Assembly: GCA_963791045.1 (NCBI GenBank)
Contig: CAWBQK010000019.1
Span: 1 to 33,499 of the forward strand
Source of the DNA: Candidatus Latescibacterota bacterium
GTDB lineage: Bacteria; Krumholzibacteriota; Krumholzibacteriia; WVZY01
Reading direction: 5' to 3'
Length of the DNA: 33,499 nucleotides
The translations under genes were made by a program, and so were the position numbers. Within the stretch, counting starts at the first letter, position 1. Each line of letters opens with the position of its first letter. This document shows positions 10,154 through 20,022 of this stretch, one piece after another. The notes beneath the pieces are model-generated. The model had not been told where the DNA came from, did no database searches, and saw only the letters and a list, made by a program, of their open reading frames with translations.

Positions 10154-10678
10154 TTACTCGGGCGCTATGTAGGCATAGAGAAACTGGTCTACGATTTTCC
10201 CGTCTTTGATCGCGGAGCGGTTCATACGCACTTCGAGTTTGTACCCGGCCTTCTCGAGCACACGCATCGATGACGGATTCCACTCGAACGGCATCGCGTA
10301 GATACGTGTCAATCCAAAGGCCTCGATTGCGTATTCGGTCATCGCGACCAGCGCCTCGGTTGCGATTCCGCGGCCCCAGAGCGATTCGCTCAACCAGTAA
10401 CCCACCTCGGCGGACACCCGTTCCACGTCCCCATGAAGGCGAAATCCGATCGCACCGACGGGCTTGCCGTCAACCGTGATCGCAAAGTGCGATTCGGGTG
10501 TCGCTTCGAGAGAGGTTCGGATGAACTCGCTCGCGTGATCCTCAGTATACGGGTTGGGAAATGCATCGCGCAGATTGAGCCAGATGTTCCGATTGTTGGC
10601 GTGCAATGCGAGTGCCTCCGCATCGGCCTCACGGAACGACCTCAATTCACATTTTTTGAGGGTGATCTGCATACTCAT
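10154..10678 (-). CDS. GNAT acetyltransferase, RimJ/RimL-like
   Basis: AEVGYWLSESLWGRGIATEA, NPSSMRVLEKAGY; overlaps the upstream gene by 4 nt. Confidence 0.9.
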   Translation of the reverse strand: MSMQITLKKCELRSFREADAEALALHANNRNIWLNLRDAFPNPYTEDHASEFIRTSLEATPESHFAITVDGKPVGAIGFRLHGDVERVSAEVGYWLSESLWGRGIATEALVAMTEYAIEAFGLTRIYAMPFEWNPSSMRVLEKAGYKLEVRMNRSAIKDGKIVDQFLYAYIAPE

Positions 10679-12558
10679 TGTAGTGTATACGCTACAACCT
10701 TATTGTTCAAGAACGTCGGAACGATGAGCAGGTTCTTTTTTGCGATGTATTCGAAATCAGCGGTCCACTGCTGAGGCCCGGTGACATCTATAATTTTTGA
10801 GAAATCACCCGCCGGCGACACCCGGTAAATCCGGCCTTCCGCATGTGAAACAATATAATTGCCGTTTTTGTCGACCTTTATCCCATCGATGTTTCCCGCG
10901 GGGAGGGTGGTGATCACCCTCACAATCTTGTCCTCTGGTTCGATGGATTTGAGCCTCTGATCCGTATTGTTCCCCACGATCAGCTTCCCATCGTTGAACC
11001 ACAGCCCGTTGGGCGAGCCGATGTCGGGCGCACCCATCCACTCTTCAAATTGACCGTCGACGAGTCTGTAAATCACATTCTTTCTCGTATCCGAAACGTA
11101 GAACCGCCCTGCCGGATCGACGGCAACATCGTTCGTGAATCCAGGCGTCGGGAAAGAATAACGCGTCTTGACGCTCCCCGATTCGATATCGATCTCGGTC
11201 AACGCGCCTCTCTCCACCACAAAGAGACTGTTCTCGTGAATGACCATCCCCGTCGGCATGATCAAACCCTTCACCCATTTCTTTTCAATGATTTTGCCGT
11301 CGACGGAAAGTTTTGAGATAAATTGGCGGTCGAGTCCCGCTCCGCGGTTATAAGCGTCGTAGTTCGAAACGTAGATCACGTCGCGCTTCGAATCGTATAC
11401 GGCCGACTCGGGGACGAAGAAATCCTCACCCGTCTCCCACTCGGTCTGGGCGCCGATCTCGAACATGCGAGCCGACGCGTCCCGACCCATGAAGCCCCAA
11501 CCACCGAACACCTCGGCCACAATGAGGATTAGTTCGTTGTCGCCTTTTTCAAGCGGCAGATAAACACCGTCAAAATATCCAACGACTCCGAGGAATGACG
11601 GATCGCGCTGGCGGTAGGCGCTTTCACCAAAAAAGAGGATCTTGCCGTTGAGAAAAACTCCGACAAAATCGCTGTACCCGAAGAGAAATTTACGAGTCTC
11701 GACCTTGTGAGCGTTGATTGTGGCGCGCGCGATAACGCAATCCGGTTCACGCCCCTGGCGGATGAGATGACTCCCCACGTTGACCAACCCCGTGGGTTCG
11801 ATTTCCGCCCTTTTCCACTCGATACCGTCGAGCCTTTCTTTGCCCGGATACTTTTCGGGATCGAGCGCGCTGATCTTGATCGCCGGCGAGATCTCCCAGT
11901 TGGTAATGGTTCCCGGAGGCGTATCGACGGGCGGCGGCGGATCGAATTCGAGAGCTTCGGTGACTTCATAACTGAAATTAGAAAAGTAGGCGGTGCCGTT
12001 TCTCGGGCTGTCGAGCCCGATCGTGCCGCTCGACTCTCCGTGTTTGAGATCATTTATCACCAGCGCCGGAGTTTCGAGGTCGCCAAAGAAGACGCGGGCT
12101 TGTTTGCCTTTGATTTCCATTCTTAGCGTTATCCACTCGTCTTCGGGAATCTCGGTCGACGACGTATACCCATCGCCGTTGTAGAGCTGCCAACCCGATA
12201 TGCCGTTGGTCTCCGGCGTATACTGGATGGCGTCGGAATAAAATGGAGCGCGGTGGGGCCGGATGTAGATTCTTTCGTAGTTCCCTTCGGACTGGTAACG
12301 AAAAATGATCCCCGGGTAGGACCGCACGCGGCTGGTGGCGATATCGACCTCGATGATTCCGTTCTTGAACTCGACACCTTCGAGCAGGGCGCGGCCGATC
12401 AGGCACTTGCGGTCCATGTGGTCGACGACTTCCGCTCGTCCCTTGTTCCAGACGGTCGAATCGAAATCAACGACAAGGCGTTCCGCCTGAGCGAATCCCG
12501 CGCCGATTGACACCAGGACCATCGAGACAAGCACCAGTAAACAAACTGTGCGACTCAT
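10675..12558 (-). CDS. Exported multidomain protein: DUF1080-like N-terminus + SMP-30/gluconolactonase-like beta-propeller
   Basis: Signal peptide MSRTVCLLVLVSMVLVSIGAGFAQA; NGIIEVDI..YERIYIRPH..AIQYTP (lectin-fold like); C-terminal PESAVYD..IYVSN, NDVAVD..FYVSD, PNGL and DGI repeats. Confidence 0.7.
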   Translation of the reverse strand: MSRTVCLLVLVSMVLVSIGAGFAQAERLVVDFDSTVWNKGRAEVVDHMDRKCLIGRALLEGVEFKNGIIEVDIATSRVRSYPGIIFRYQSEGNYERIYIRPHRAPFYSDAIQYTPETNGISGWQLYNGDGYTSSTEIPEDEWITLRMEIKGKQARVFFGDLETPALVINDLKHGESSGTIGLDSPRNGTAYFSNFSYEVTEALEFDPPPPVDTPPGTITNWEISPAIKISALDPEKYPGKERLDGIEWKRAEIEPTGLVNVGSHLIRQGREPDCVIARATINAHKVETRKFLFGYSDFVGVFLNGKILFFGESAYRQRDPSFLGVVGYFDGVYLPLEKGDNELILIVAEVFGGWGFMGRDASARMFEIGAQTEWETGEDFFVPESAVYDSKRDVIYVSNYDAYNRGAGLDRQFISKLSVDGKIIEKKWVKGLIMPTGMVIHENSLFVVERGALTEIDIESGSVKTRYSFPTPGFTNDVAVDPAGRFYVSDTRKNVIYRLVDGQFEEWMGAPDIGSPNGLWFNDGKLIVGNNTDQRLKSIEPEDKIVRVITTLPAGNIDGIKVDKNGNYIVSHAEGRIYRVSPAGDFSKIIDVTGPQQWTADFEYIAKKNLLIVPTFLNNKVVAYTLQ

Positions 12559-12622
12559 TTTGTGCCTCCCTGTCGATACAAGACCGGAAATCTCTTTTTG
12601 CCCGTTCGCCGCGGGGCAATAC

Positions 12623-13063
12623 TCAACTTTTATCCAGCAATTTTCCCATACTCGTGTGCGGTTCTTCTTTGTAACCCAGCGCTTTGTAAAAACCGACAAC
12701 GTCCTCGTTCCACGCCCTCACCTGGAGATTGATTTTTGGACAGCCGCTCGCGAGGAGACGCACCTCGATTTCGTCCATCATTTTGCGGCCGATTCCTTTT
12801 CGGCGCTGCGTCCCGGTAACCCCGAGATGGTACGCCCACCCGCGAAACCCGTCGTACCCGCCGATGACGGTCGCCACCACCCGCTCATCGATAATGCCGA
12901 CGAGAAACAAATCCGGCCGGATCTCGAGCTTTCGGCGGATGACCTCGATGGGTTCGTTCCACGGCGGGTCTTTGGCAAACACCTCTCGCCACAGAGCGAT
13001 GACCTGAGCTTCGTCATCCTCGGCATACGACCGTATCACGAGTTCTTGGAGAGGTGTGTTCAT
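12623..13063 (-). CDS. GNAT acetyltransferase (YpeA-like)
   Basis: VIGGYDGFRGWAYHLGV..QRRKGIG, GCPKINLQVR, FYKALGY. Confidence 0.88.
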   Translation of the reverse strand: MNTPLQELVIRSYAEDDEAQVIALWREVFAKDPPWNEPIEVIRRKLEIRPDLFLVGIIDERVVATVIGGYDGFRGWAYHLGVTGTQRRKGIGRKMMDEIEVRLLASGCPKINLQVRAWNEDVVGFYKALGYKEEPHTSMGKLLDKS

Positions 13064-13156
13064 GGGTTTGTTCCTTTTACCTACGGAGGGAAGGGCGCCG
13101 TTGTTTCGCCCACCGCGAGCGCACAGGCAGTCAGGTACGGGTGGAACGAAGAACCC

Positions 13157-13288
13157 GGCACGGGTCCTGTCATCGATTACCCCACACAAGCTCGCTTTTA
13201 CGAGCGTGGACTCACGGGGTAAGGCGAACACTGCGTCGGCTCGCGAACGCTCGCTTGTTTTGGGGGCCCCATCGATGCCACCCGTGCC
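13157..13288. repeat. REP/MITE-like palindromic element, copy 2 (132 bp)
   Basis: Same terminal sequences as 5245-5388; diverged interior sharing AAGGCG...CGTCSGCTCGC...CGCT(T)CGC. Confidence 0.85.
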
Positions 13289-13302
13289 TGCCATGGTGCG
13301 AT

Positions 13303-13485
13303 TTAAGACTTCTTCTTGAGGGGTTCGCCGCAGCAGGCGATCACACAGGGTTCTTTTTCGTCGCTGCAGCCGCAGTCGCCAGTGGGTTTTCCGACGTCCT
13401 TACATTCCTTCATGACCTGAAGCTCGATTCCACAGCCCTCGCACATGTAGACTTCGCCGTTTCTCATGTTGTGACAATCCGCCAT
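13303..13485 (-). CDS. Small Cys-rich desulforedoxin-like/metallothionein-like protein (60 aa)
   Basis: AAGGAG RBS; GEVYMCEGCG...VIACCGEPL has the desulforedoxin CxxC...CC arrangement plus extra Cys residues. Confidence 0.8.
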   Translation of the reverse strand: MADCHNMRNGEVYMCEGCGIELQVMKECKDVGKPTGDCGCSDEKEPCVIACCGEPLKKKS

Positions 13486-13619
13486 ATCGCTTAACTCCTT
13501 ATAGGTAAACAGGTTTAATTTCTGCCTTCTTCTTTCGGTACTCCAATGTCTTCTTTATATATGCCTCGGTGTCGTTGGTTTTGCAACTCGTTTCACCACA
13601 AGGTGGACCTGCCGCAGGA

Positions 13620-13931
13620 TCAGATGTCCTCGACAAAGATCACACGGACGACATCGGTCAGCGCTTTCCCCATGTGACGGTGCTCGGCGCCCGACGGGAT
13701 GAAGACGCCGTCGCCTTCTTCGTAGACTTCGGTCACGTCATCGAACTTGATTTCAAAACGTCCGCCGAGAACAATGCCAAGGTGCCCCTTGTCGCACCAG
13801 TGCAGATCCATGTCCGGTGTGTATTCGACCATACGGAGCTGTTTTCCGCCGTCGCGCGCGGCTTTAAACCGGAGACCTTCCATCGGTTGTTCCCAGGACA
13901 GTTCATCGAAATTAACTTTGTAGATACTCAT
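13620..13931 (-). CDS. Cupin domain protein
   Basis: HWCDKGHLGIVLGGRFEI...GDGVFIPSGAEHRH cupin motifs. Confidence 0.85.
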   Translation of the reverse strand: MSIYKVNFDELSWEQPMEGLRFKAARDGGKQLRMVEYTPDMDLHWCDKGHLGIVLGGRFEIKFDDVTEVYEEGDGVFIPSGAEHRHMGKALTDVVRVIFVEDI

Positions 13932-13943
13932 CTCGTTCTTCCT

Positions 13944-14549
13944 TCAGTTCTCATTCCCGGAAATGCACTCGAGCAACTCGCCGAGATTGCTCACGCTCTT
14001 GTCGGCTTTCGCCGCATAGTCTTCCTTGCCGTGATTGTCCACAAAAACCGTGGCCGTTCCCGCTTCGTGCCCCGCGAGAATATCGAACAGGAAATCCCCG
14101 ACCATGACCGTCTCTCCCGGCGTCGCCTCCCACCGGTCGAGAAGTTGTTTTATCCCGTCGGCGCTCGGTTTGGGATCGCACATTTCACGCCCCATCACAT
14201 TCAGGGGATCAAAAAAATCGGCCAGGCCGCACGCCTCGAGGGTCGTGAGCGCATTGCGGTGGCTGTTTCGCGTCAAAATCCCGATAGTCGCTCCGCGGCT
14301 TTGGAGCGCCGTTAAAAGCTCCGATGAGCCGGGCTGTTTGACGGCATCCCGGGCGATTTTGAGCTCGATCTTTTCCAGACGGAGGCGAAGAGCCTCCGCT
14401 TTTTCCACGGGCAGGCCGGCGAGTTGTTCGAGTATCGGTTGGCCCTGCGGGAGTCCCAACTCATCGCGGATCGCATCAAAGTCGTGGGCGGGCACCGTCA
14501 GCGTGCCGTCCATGTCAAAAATCCAGTAGTGTCGTTTGCTCAGATCCAT
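13944..14549 (-). CDS. HAD-superfamily hydrolase IA
   Basis: FDMDGTLT, ILTRN, KPSADG, MVGDFLFD. Confidence 0.9.
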   Translation of the reverse strand: MDLSKRHYWIFDMDGTLTVPAHDFDAIRDELGLPQGQPILEQLAGLPVEKAEALRLRLEKIELKIARDAVKQPGSSELLTALQSRGATIGILTRNSHRNALTTLEACGLADFFDPLNVMGREMCDPKPSADGIKQLLDRWEATPGETVMVGDFLFDILAGHEAGTATVFVDNHGKEDYAAKADKSVSNLGELLECISGNEN

Positions 14550-14577
14550 TTGCGCTCTCTATGTTGATGTCTTTTCT

Positions 14578-16113
14578 TTACCGGCGGGCTCCGGGGAAAC
14601 CACTCGCCGGCAGGACAACGGTAAAACTCGTACCTTTGCCGACGGTGCTCTCGACCTCGATCTCACCTTTGTGGTCCTGAATTATCCGATAACAGATGGC
14701 CAGTCCTAATCCGGTTCCGACACCCACGCCCTTTGTCGTGAATCCCGGATCGAAAATTCGTTTCAAGTTTTGTTCGGGGATGCCTTTGCCCGAGTCTTTG
14801 ATCGTTATGCAGACATTCCCCCCGCGGACGAAGGTGCTTACGGTGATTTCACCATCGCCTTCAATCGCTTCATTCGCGTTCGTCAGTAAATTGAGAAACA
14901 CCTGGTTGAGCTGGGCCGGATAACAGTACACGGGGGGGATTTCATTGTACTGTTTCGAGACATTGACACCGGGTTTGATCTCGTGCTGAAGAATATTGAG
15001 CGTATCCTCCAGGCCCTCATGAATATTGAACATTTGGAGATCCGCCTCGTCGAGTTTTGCGAAGTTGCGGAGAGTGTCCACAACTTCGGTGACTTTTCTT
15101 GATCCGTCCTCGATTACCCTGTTGGCGTTGTCCATCACTTCGAGAATCGGTTTTAGTTTGGCGCTGTCGTCAAATTCCGTCCCGGCAAGAATGCTTCTGA
15201 GTTTGCCGACGGCGAGTTTGTTCGAATGGGCCATGCTTCGGACGGCCCCAATCGGGTTGTTGACTTCGTGTGCTATCCCAGCCACAAGCTGCCCCATCGA
15301 TGCCATCTTTTCCGAGTGGACGAGTTTTGACTGCGCTGCCTTGAGTTCCGCCGTTCTCTCCTCGACCTTCTCTTCGAGCGACAAATTGAGCTGATGGTTT
15401 TGCGCAAACTGGTAGCGGACGATGGCCAGGTAGAAGATCGTCACGGCGACCGGAAAGGAGAAAAACGTATAGGGCTGCGTCATCTTGCCCCACAGCGGGA
15501 GAATAAAAAACATTGCGATTGCGGGCAGGAATATAAGAAGGAAACCAGCCATGTTCAGAACGATGAACTCTTTGAAAATTCGATCGGCTGAAGAACGGTA
15601 CGCCGAGCCCAGGAGGGTGACGTTCCGCCCCGTTGCCAACACGACGAAAGCCATCGCCACATACATGAGCGGCCCGTAATGGACTCGAATCCACCCCGTA
15701 TCTACGATTTCGACATCCACGACAAATTGGCGCGAGCCCACGAGCAGAGCTATGAGAACGACCCAAATTGCCACGAATATAAGAAAGAAACGACCCGAGG
15801 GTTTTTTTCTGCCAAACATCCGTACATGGCCCCTCGCACCGGACAAAAGGTACGCATAGTAGTTGGCAAAACTGATCGCGAGGATACCAAACCCCGGGGC
15901 GAGTTTCGCATACCGCGAGACGGTCGTCAGGTCATCCGCGAGCGTCACTGAAAAAGCGACGGTTGACGCAGCCGCGAGAAAAAGGCAAAAGCCGGCAAAG
16001 ACCAACCAAAGCTTTTCCTTTTTCATCGAGAAAAACGTGACGATCGCCAGCGAGTACATCGCGAGGGCGCTTATGAGCGGCGCGACCGAATATATCTGTA
16101 TGTTTTCACCCAT
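14578..16113 (-). CDS. Membrane sensor histidine kinase (7TM-type input, NtrB-like kinase core), no adjacent response regulator
   Basis: About 7 N-terminal TM helices; H-box IAHEVNNP, N-box QVFLNLLTNA, G1 DSGKGI, F IFDPGFTTK, G2 GTGLGL. Confidence 0.9.
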   Translation of the reverse strand: MGENIQIYSVAPLISALAMYSLAIVTFFSMKKEKLWLVFAGFCLFLAAASTVAFSVTLADDLTTVSRYAKLAPGFGILAISFANYYAYLLSGARGHVRMFGRKKPSGRFFLIFVAIWVVLIALLVGSRQFVVDVEIVDTGWIRVHYGPLMYVAMAFVVLATGRNVTLLGSAYRSSADRIFKEFIVLNMAGFLLIFLPAIAMFFILPLWGKMTQPYTFFSFPVAVTIFYLAIVRYQFAQNHQLNLSLEEKVEERTAELKAAQSKLVHSEKMASMGQLVAGIAHEVNNPIGAVRSMAHSNKLAVGKLRSILAGTEFDDSAKLKPILEVMDNANRVIEDGSRKVTEVVDTLRNFAKLDEADLQMFNIHEGLEDTLNILQHEIKPGVNVSKQYNEIPPVYCYPAQLNQVFLNLLTNANEAIEGDGEITVSTFVRGGNVCITIKDSGKGIPEQNLKRIFDPGFTTKGVGVGTGLGLAICYRIIQDHKGEIEVESTVGKGTSFTVVLPASGFPGARR

Positions 16114-16306
16114 GACGAGTTCGCGGCGCAACCCGCGCCGATCATCCCTTCAACGGTTCAAAAAGCGCAACCACCGATCTGAAAAAGAGACCGGCGACAA
16201 AAGCGCCGGTCGAACAACTCTAAAATACAAATCGTAAAAATATGTCAACCGCCCATCAAGAAGCACAGAGCCGTCATAAGTGCTCGGCGGAGGTCCCCGG
16301 GATCCG

Positions 16307-16678
16307 CTAAAATCCCCCCGGGTAGAGCCATTCCTTGGCTTCGCCCGGATCGTTGAACACTCGATACTCAATTCCAAATTCTTCGCAGTGCTTCTGAATG
16401 AGGTGTCCCACTCCGATGCTTTCTTGTTTGTGAACGACCACCGCGATTTTTCGGCCGAAGTGCTCCATAAAAGAATTGATATTCTCGGCAGCCTGCTTCG
16501 GATCGATCGTCGATGGCTCCAGCGCCGACTCGATATCATAGGTCAAAATCTTGGAGCCTGGCACGAACCGGTGATCCGCAACCGCTTTGCTAAAGGCTTC
16601 GCTAAAATCATCTCCGGTCACATGATCCTTCGCGGTAAAAACTACCAGATCGCTCATAATTTCGTAGGTAACGGGCAT
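16307..16678 (-). CDS. Hypothetical protein, SpoIIAA/STAS-like
   Basis: KILTYD, KIAVVV and C-terminal RVFNDPGEAKEWL resemble SpoIIAA-like proteins; GGGAG RBS. Confidence 0.6.
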   Translation of the reverse strand: MPVTYEIMSDLVVFTAKDHVTGDDFSEAFSKAVADHRFVPGSKILTYDIESALEPSTIDPKQAAENINSFMEHFGRKIAVVVHKQESIGVGHLIQKHCEEFGIEYRVFNDPGEAKEWLYPGGF

Positions 16679-16808
16679 CGTGTTCTCCCATGTGAAGAAG
16701 GGCCCTTGCACGGCAGGCGCTCAAAAGTATTTCTATCCCCTGAGTCGGCACGACGAACATATAACAAACCCTCGAGGATTTCTACCCCCCAGTTAGACAG
16801 ACCTATAT

Positions 16809-17567
16809 TCAACTTCGGAGATACGAAGCGCCGTTGCAGTCGATTATCGTTCCCGTCATAAACTCCGATCCCTCGGCGGCCAGAAAGAGCACCGCCTGAG
16901 CTACATCTTCGGGCCGGGCGACCCGACCAAGCGGGCTTTGCCGCCGTATCGCATCGCCCTCGGGACCGGCGAGTTTCTCCGCCACGAGGTCTGTTTCCAC
17001 ATATCCCGGCGCGACGACGCCGACAAAGATGTTGTGCGGCGCGAGCCGCTGGGCAAGCGACTGGCTCATCGAATTGAGACCCGCCTTGCTCGCCCCGTAC
17101 GCGGGATTGTCGGGCTCGCCGCGGAAAGCACCGCGGGAAGACACATTGACGATTCTCCCGCCTCCGTGTTCGATCATAAATCGGGCCGCGCAATACGATA
17201 CGTTTGCCGGCCCCTGGAGATTGACATCCAGAATTCGGCGCCAGGTCGACCGCCACTCGTCATAGTCCACTTCCTCCACCCGGTGAGCCTTGTGGGTCCC
17301 GGCATTGTTGACGACAATGTCGAGCGCCCCGAATTCCTTCGTTACCGAATCGACGAGGCTTTTAGCCGCAATCGGATCTCCCACGTCCGCCTGGATATCG
17401 AGATGAGGTCCGCCGCTGAGCTCGCCGATGGTCTTTTTCGCCGCTTCCGTATTGGACAGATAACTGATCGCCACGCGGGCGCCGCGCTTCGCGAACGCAA
17501 TCGCCACGGCACGCCCGATACCGCGCGCTCCGCCCGTGACAAGAACGTGCTTTCCTGTGAAATCCAT
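16809..17567 (-). CDS. Short-chain dehydrogenase/reductase (FabG-like)
   Basis: [25 protein letters not shown]. Confidence 0.92.
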   Translation of the reverse strand: MDFTGKHVLVTGGARGIGRAVAIAFAKRGARVAISYLSNTEAAKKTIGELSGGPHLDIQADVGDPIAAKSLVDSVTKEFGALDIVVNNAGTHKAHRVEEVDYDEWRSTWRRILDVNLQGPANVSYCAARFMIEHGGGRIVNVSSRGAFRGEPDNPAYGASKAGLNSMSQSLAQRLAPHNIFVGVVAPGYVETDLVAEKLAGPEGDAIRRQSPLGRVARPEDVAQAVLFLAAEGSEFMTGTIIDCNGASYLRS

Positions 17568-17584
17568 CGATGCCAACTCCTTCG

Positions 17585-18517
17585 TTATGAATGATGCGGG
17601 TAATCGTCCATCCGCGGAATCCCCAACCTCCCACCAAGTTCCTTGCTCACCATTGCCGCCGCCCACGCTCCATAATCGAGACTCTTCTCCGTGCTCCATC
17701 CGCGGACGATGCCAAGCGCCAGACCCGCGTGAAAAACATCCCCGCACCCGGTGGTATCCACCGCGTCAACCAGGTAGGCGGGCCGTTCGATCAGGTTACC
17801 ACGATCGAGCGCCGTGTACCCCCGAGGCCCAAGCGTCACGCCCGTGACCGCGGGCCCCAGATCGGCAATCTTGCGACAGGCCTCCTCGACCGCACTGCCA
17901 TCCAACGGTAGTTTGCTCGTGGGATCCTCACCGATTAGCTCACGGGCGAACTTTTCGGACGCGACGAAGTAGTCGCTCAAGCGGGCGAGATCGAGCATTC
18001 CCTCCCTCAACGACCCTGGATCGACAACAACCGGAATCCCCGACGCTTTTGCATCCCGTGCCGCGGCGAGCGACGCCTCTATCAAAAGACCGTCGGTATA
18101 AAAGACTTTTGCAAGGCGGAGCATCTCGAAGTTGATGTCATCGGGGCCCGGCGGAGCGCCGGTCGGGCGGCGCCAGAAGACCGTTCGATGGCCGATTCCC
18201 GGTTCGGCAACAATAAACGCAAACTGTGATTCCGCCCCCGCTCGCTGGATCAGTCCGCTCGCGTCAACGCCTTCATCGACAAGCGACTTCTTGATCATCT
18301 CGCCAAAGGAATCATCTCCAACCACGCCGGAGAACGTGCAACTGACGCCCCATCTCGACAGCGCGACCAGCGCCGTCGCCGTCGGGCCGCCGCCCTGGAT
18401 CAGGATCTTTGGCAGTTCACATTTGGAATCGGATGGGGGATAGGCTTCGACCGGAGAAAGGTAGTCCAGGCAGCACTGGCCAAGACCAAAAACTTCGAAC
18501 GTTTTTTTCGACATCAC
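17585..18517 (-). CDS. PfkB family carbohydrate kinase
   Basis: [40 protein letters not shown]. Confidence 0.9.
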   Translation of the reverse strand: MMSKKTFEVFGLGQCCLDYLSPVEAYPPSDSKCELPKILIQGGGPTATALVALSRWGVSCTFSGVVGDDSFGEMIKKSLVDEGVDASGLIQRAGAESQFAFIVAEPGIGHRTVFWRRPTGAPPGPDDINFEMLRLAKVFYTDGLLIEASLAAARDAKASGIPVVVDPGSLREGMLDLARLSDYFVASEKFARELIGEDPTSKLPLDGSAVEEACRKIADLGPAVTGVTLGPRGYTALDRGNLIERPAYLVDAVDTTGCGDVFHAGLALGIVRGWSTEKSLDYGAWAAAMVSKELGGRLGIPRMDDYPHHS

Positions 18518-18523
18518 GATCCG

Positions 18524-19177
18524 TTAGAGAAGAGACAAAACATCTTCGGGGTTCTCAATGATCGCCTGCGCGCCGCTAAGCTGAAGTTCGTCCGCCGTCC
18601 GAAATCCCCACAACGCCCCAACGGGGAACATGCCCGCGGCAACCGCCGTTTTCATATCGATCGATGTATCGCCCACAAAAATTATTTTGTGAGGCTCGAG
18701 CCCAAGCCGTTTTGCAATATCAAACGCGCCCAACGGGTCGGGCTTGGGCGGAACGCGTTCGCAAAGCCCCATGACAATCGCGAAGGACCAGGCCCCAAGC
18801 AATTCCGTGACGCATTTCTGTGTAAAGTATTCGGGCTTGTTGGAAAACACGGCGAGCTGGAGTCCGCGGCTCGTCAGGCCATCGAGCATCTCCGATACAC
18901 CCGCGTACACCGTTGTCTTGTTGTTCCAGTTGGCGTCGTATTCACGCCTGAACTCTTTTACCATCTTGTCGACCGTCGCGTCGTCGCGGGCACTCTCGGG
19001 AAGGACCCGGCGGGTGAGCTTACGGACACCGTCTCCAACGAAATACCGGAAATCGTCGAGAGGGTGCTGTGGAAAGCCGTGACGGGCGAGGACGCTATTC
19101 GCCGAGTCAGCGATGTCCTCGAGCGTGTCGAGAAGCGTGCCGTCGAGGTCAAATATTACGGCGTCAAATCGCATCAT
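18524..19177 (-). CDS. HAD hydrolase, phosphoglycolate phosphatase-like
   Basis: FDLDGTLLDT, SNK, KPDP, FVGDTSID. Confidence 0.88.
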   Translation of the reverse strand: MMRFDAVIFDLDGTLLDTLEDIADSANSVLARHGFPQHPLDDFRYFVGDGVRKLTRRVLPESARDDATVDKMVKEFRREYDANWNNKTTVYAGVSEMLDGLTSRGLQLAVFSNKPEYFTQKCVTELLGAWSFAIVMGLCERVPPKPDPLGAFDIAKRLGLEPHKIIFVGDTSIDMKTAVAAGMFPVGALWGFRTADELQLSGAQAIIENPEDVLSLL

Positions 19178-19482
19178 TCAACCAGGACGCATCCATCGTG
19201 CACGACCTCGCCATTGATTTCAAGAAACGCGCTCTTTCCCTTCGACCAGAATACATATTTGTCTCCCTCGTACTTCGCGCCTGACGCTGCCGGCACAAGC
19301 TTGAGAGTATGGTTTCTCCCGTCATAGCGAAGAGTCGCCGTGTTTCCGTCCTCGGGAATGGTGATCACGAGATACGTACCGTCTCCACACTTGTAGGTGA
19401 ATTGCTTGCCTTCGGGTTGCTCGCACGCAGTGAAGCCGATACACACGATTGCGGCAAGGATAAACACTCGTACAATCCTCAT
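19174..19482 (-). CDS. mliC: MliC/PliC family lysozyme inhibitor lipoprotein
   Basis: Lipobox-like GFTAC; YKC; AASGAKY and FWSKG motifs; C-terminal Cys. Confidence 0.85.
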   Translation of the reverse strand: MRIVRVFILAAIVCIGFTACEQPEGKQFTYKCGDGTYLVITIPEDGNTATLRYDGRNHTLKLVPAASGAKYEGDKYVFWSKGKSAFLEINGEVVHDGCVLVE

Positions 19483-19624
19483 CGTTCCGAGCCTCCAATG
19501 ATTCGTGTGTTTCCGTGGTCCGGCGGTCGATCCGCCGACCTGAATCTACACCGGCGACTGTATTTTCTCAAGGCGATTCAATATTCCGGTGGAAGAGGGG
19601 GGGGCACCGACTGGTCGAATTGAC

Positions 19625-19698
19625 AAAAAGAGCGGCGACCCGAAAGAGCCCGGCCTTTATTTGTTAAAAACACAGTAAACCGGGGTTTCAGATCGCCG
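19625..19698 (-). terminator. Long imperfect hairpin followed by CTCTTTTT (terminator-like)
   Basis: Minus strand CGGCGATCTGAAACCCCGGTTTA...TAAAGGCCGGGCTCTTTCGGGTCGCCG pairs nearly end to end using G-U pairs, then a U-rich tract. Confidence 0.45.
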
Positions 19699-19985
19699 AC
19701 TGTTCTATCGAGCCTCAACCCTCGCCTCACAAAGAAAATAGTCGAGGGGTTTCGTTCGATTTCGTATGCGAAGGCAGATCGTTTTCTTCGATGTTCGTTC
19801 GAAACGGCGGACGCAGAAAAACTGCAAGCGTGGAGGTCATCCCGGCAGACGTCGGAGACAAATCCATTGAGGTTTTTTTCACCGATATTACTCCCGCGCT
19901 GACAAGTGACGCGGGACGGTCCATAAAATACTACGGGGGAAACTTGTGGTGTGTTGCTCTCTTTTTTGCATCGGCGGGTTCGGGC

Positions 19986-20022
19986 AAAAAAAAGGGGGCG
20001 CCCCGACCAAGGTGAGCGCCCC
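19986..20022 (-). terminator. Rho-independent terminator
   Basis: GGGGCGCTC-ACCTTGGTCG-GGGCGCCCC followed by C and 8 T on the minus strand. Confidence 0.9.

Noticed and set aside
16217-16248. Promoter for the histidine kinase (TTGACA on the minus strand)
   Set aside because: No acceptable -10 at 16-18-bp spacing; too weak to report.
19770-19860. c-di-GMP-I riboswitch-like string (CGAAAC...GGACGCAG) on the plus strand
   Set aside because: It lacks the adjoining GGCAAAC and a convincing second stem, and there is no downstream plus-strand gene.
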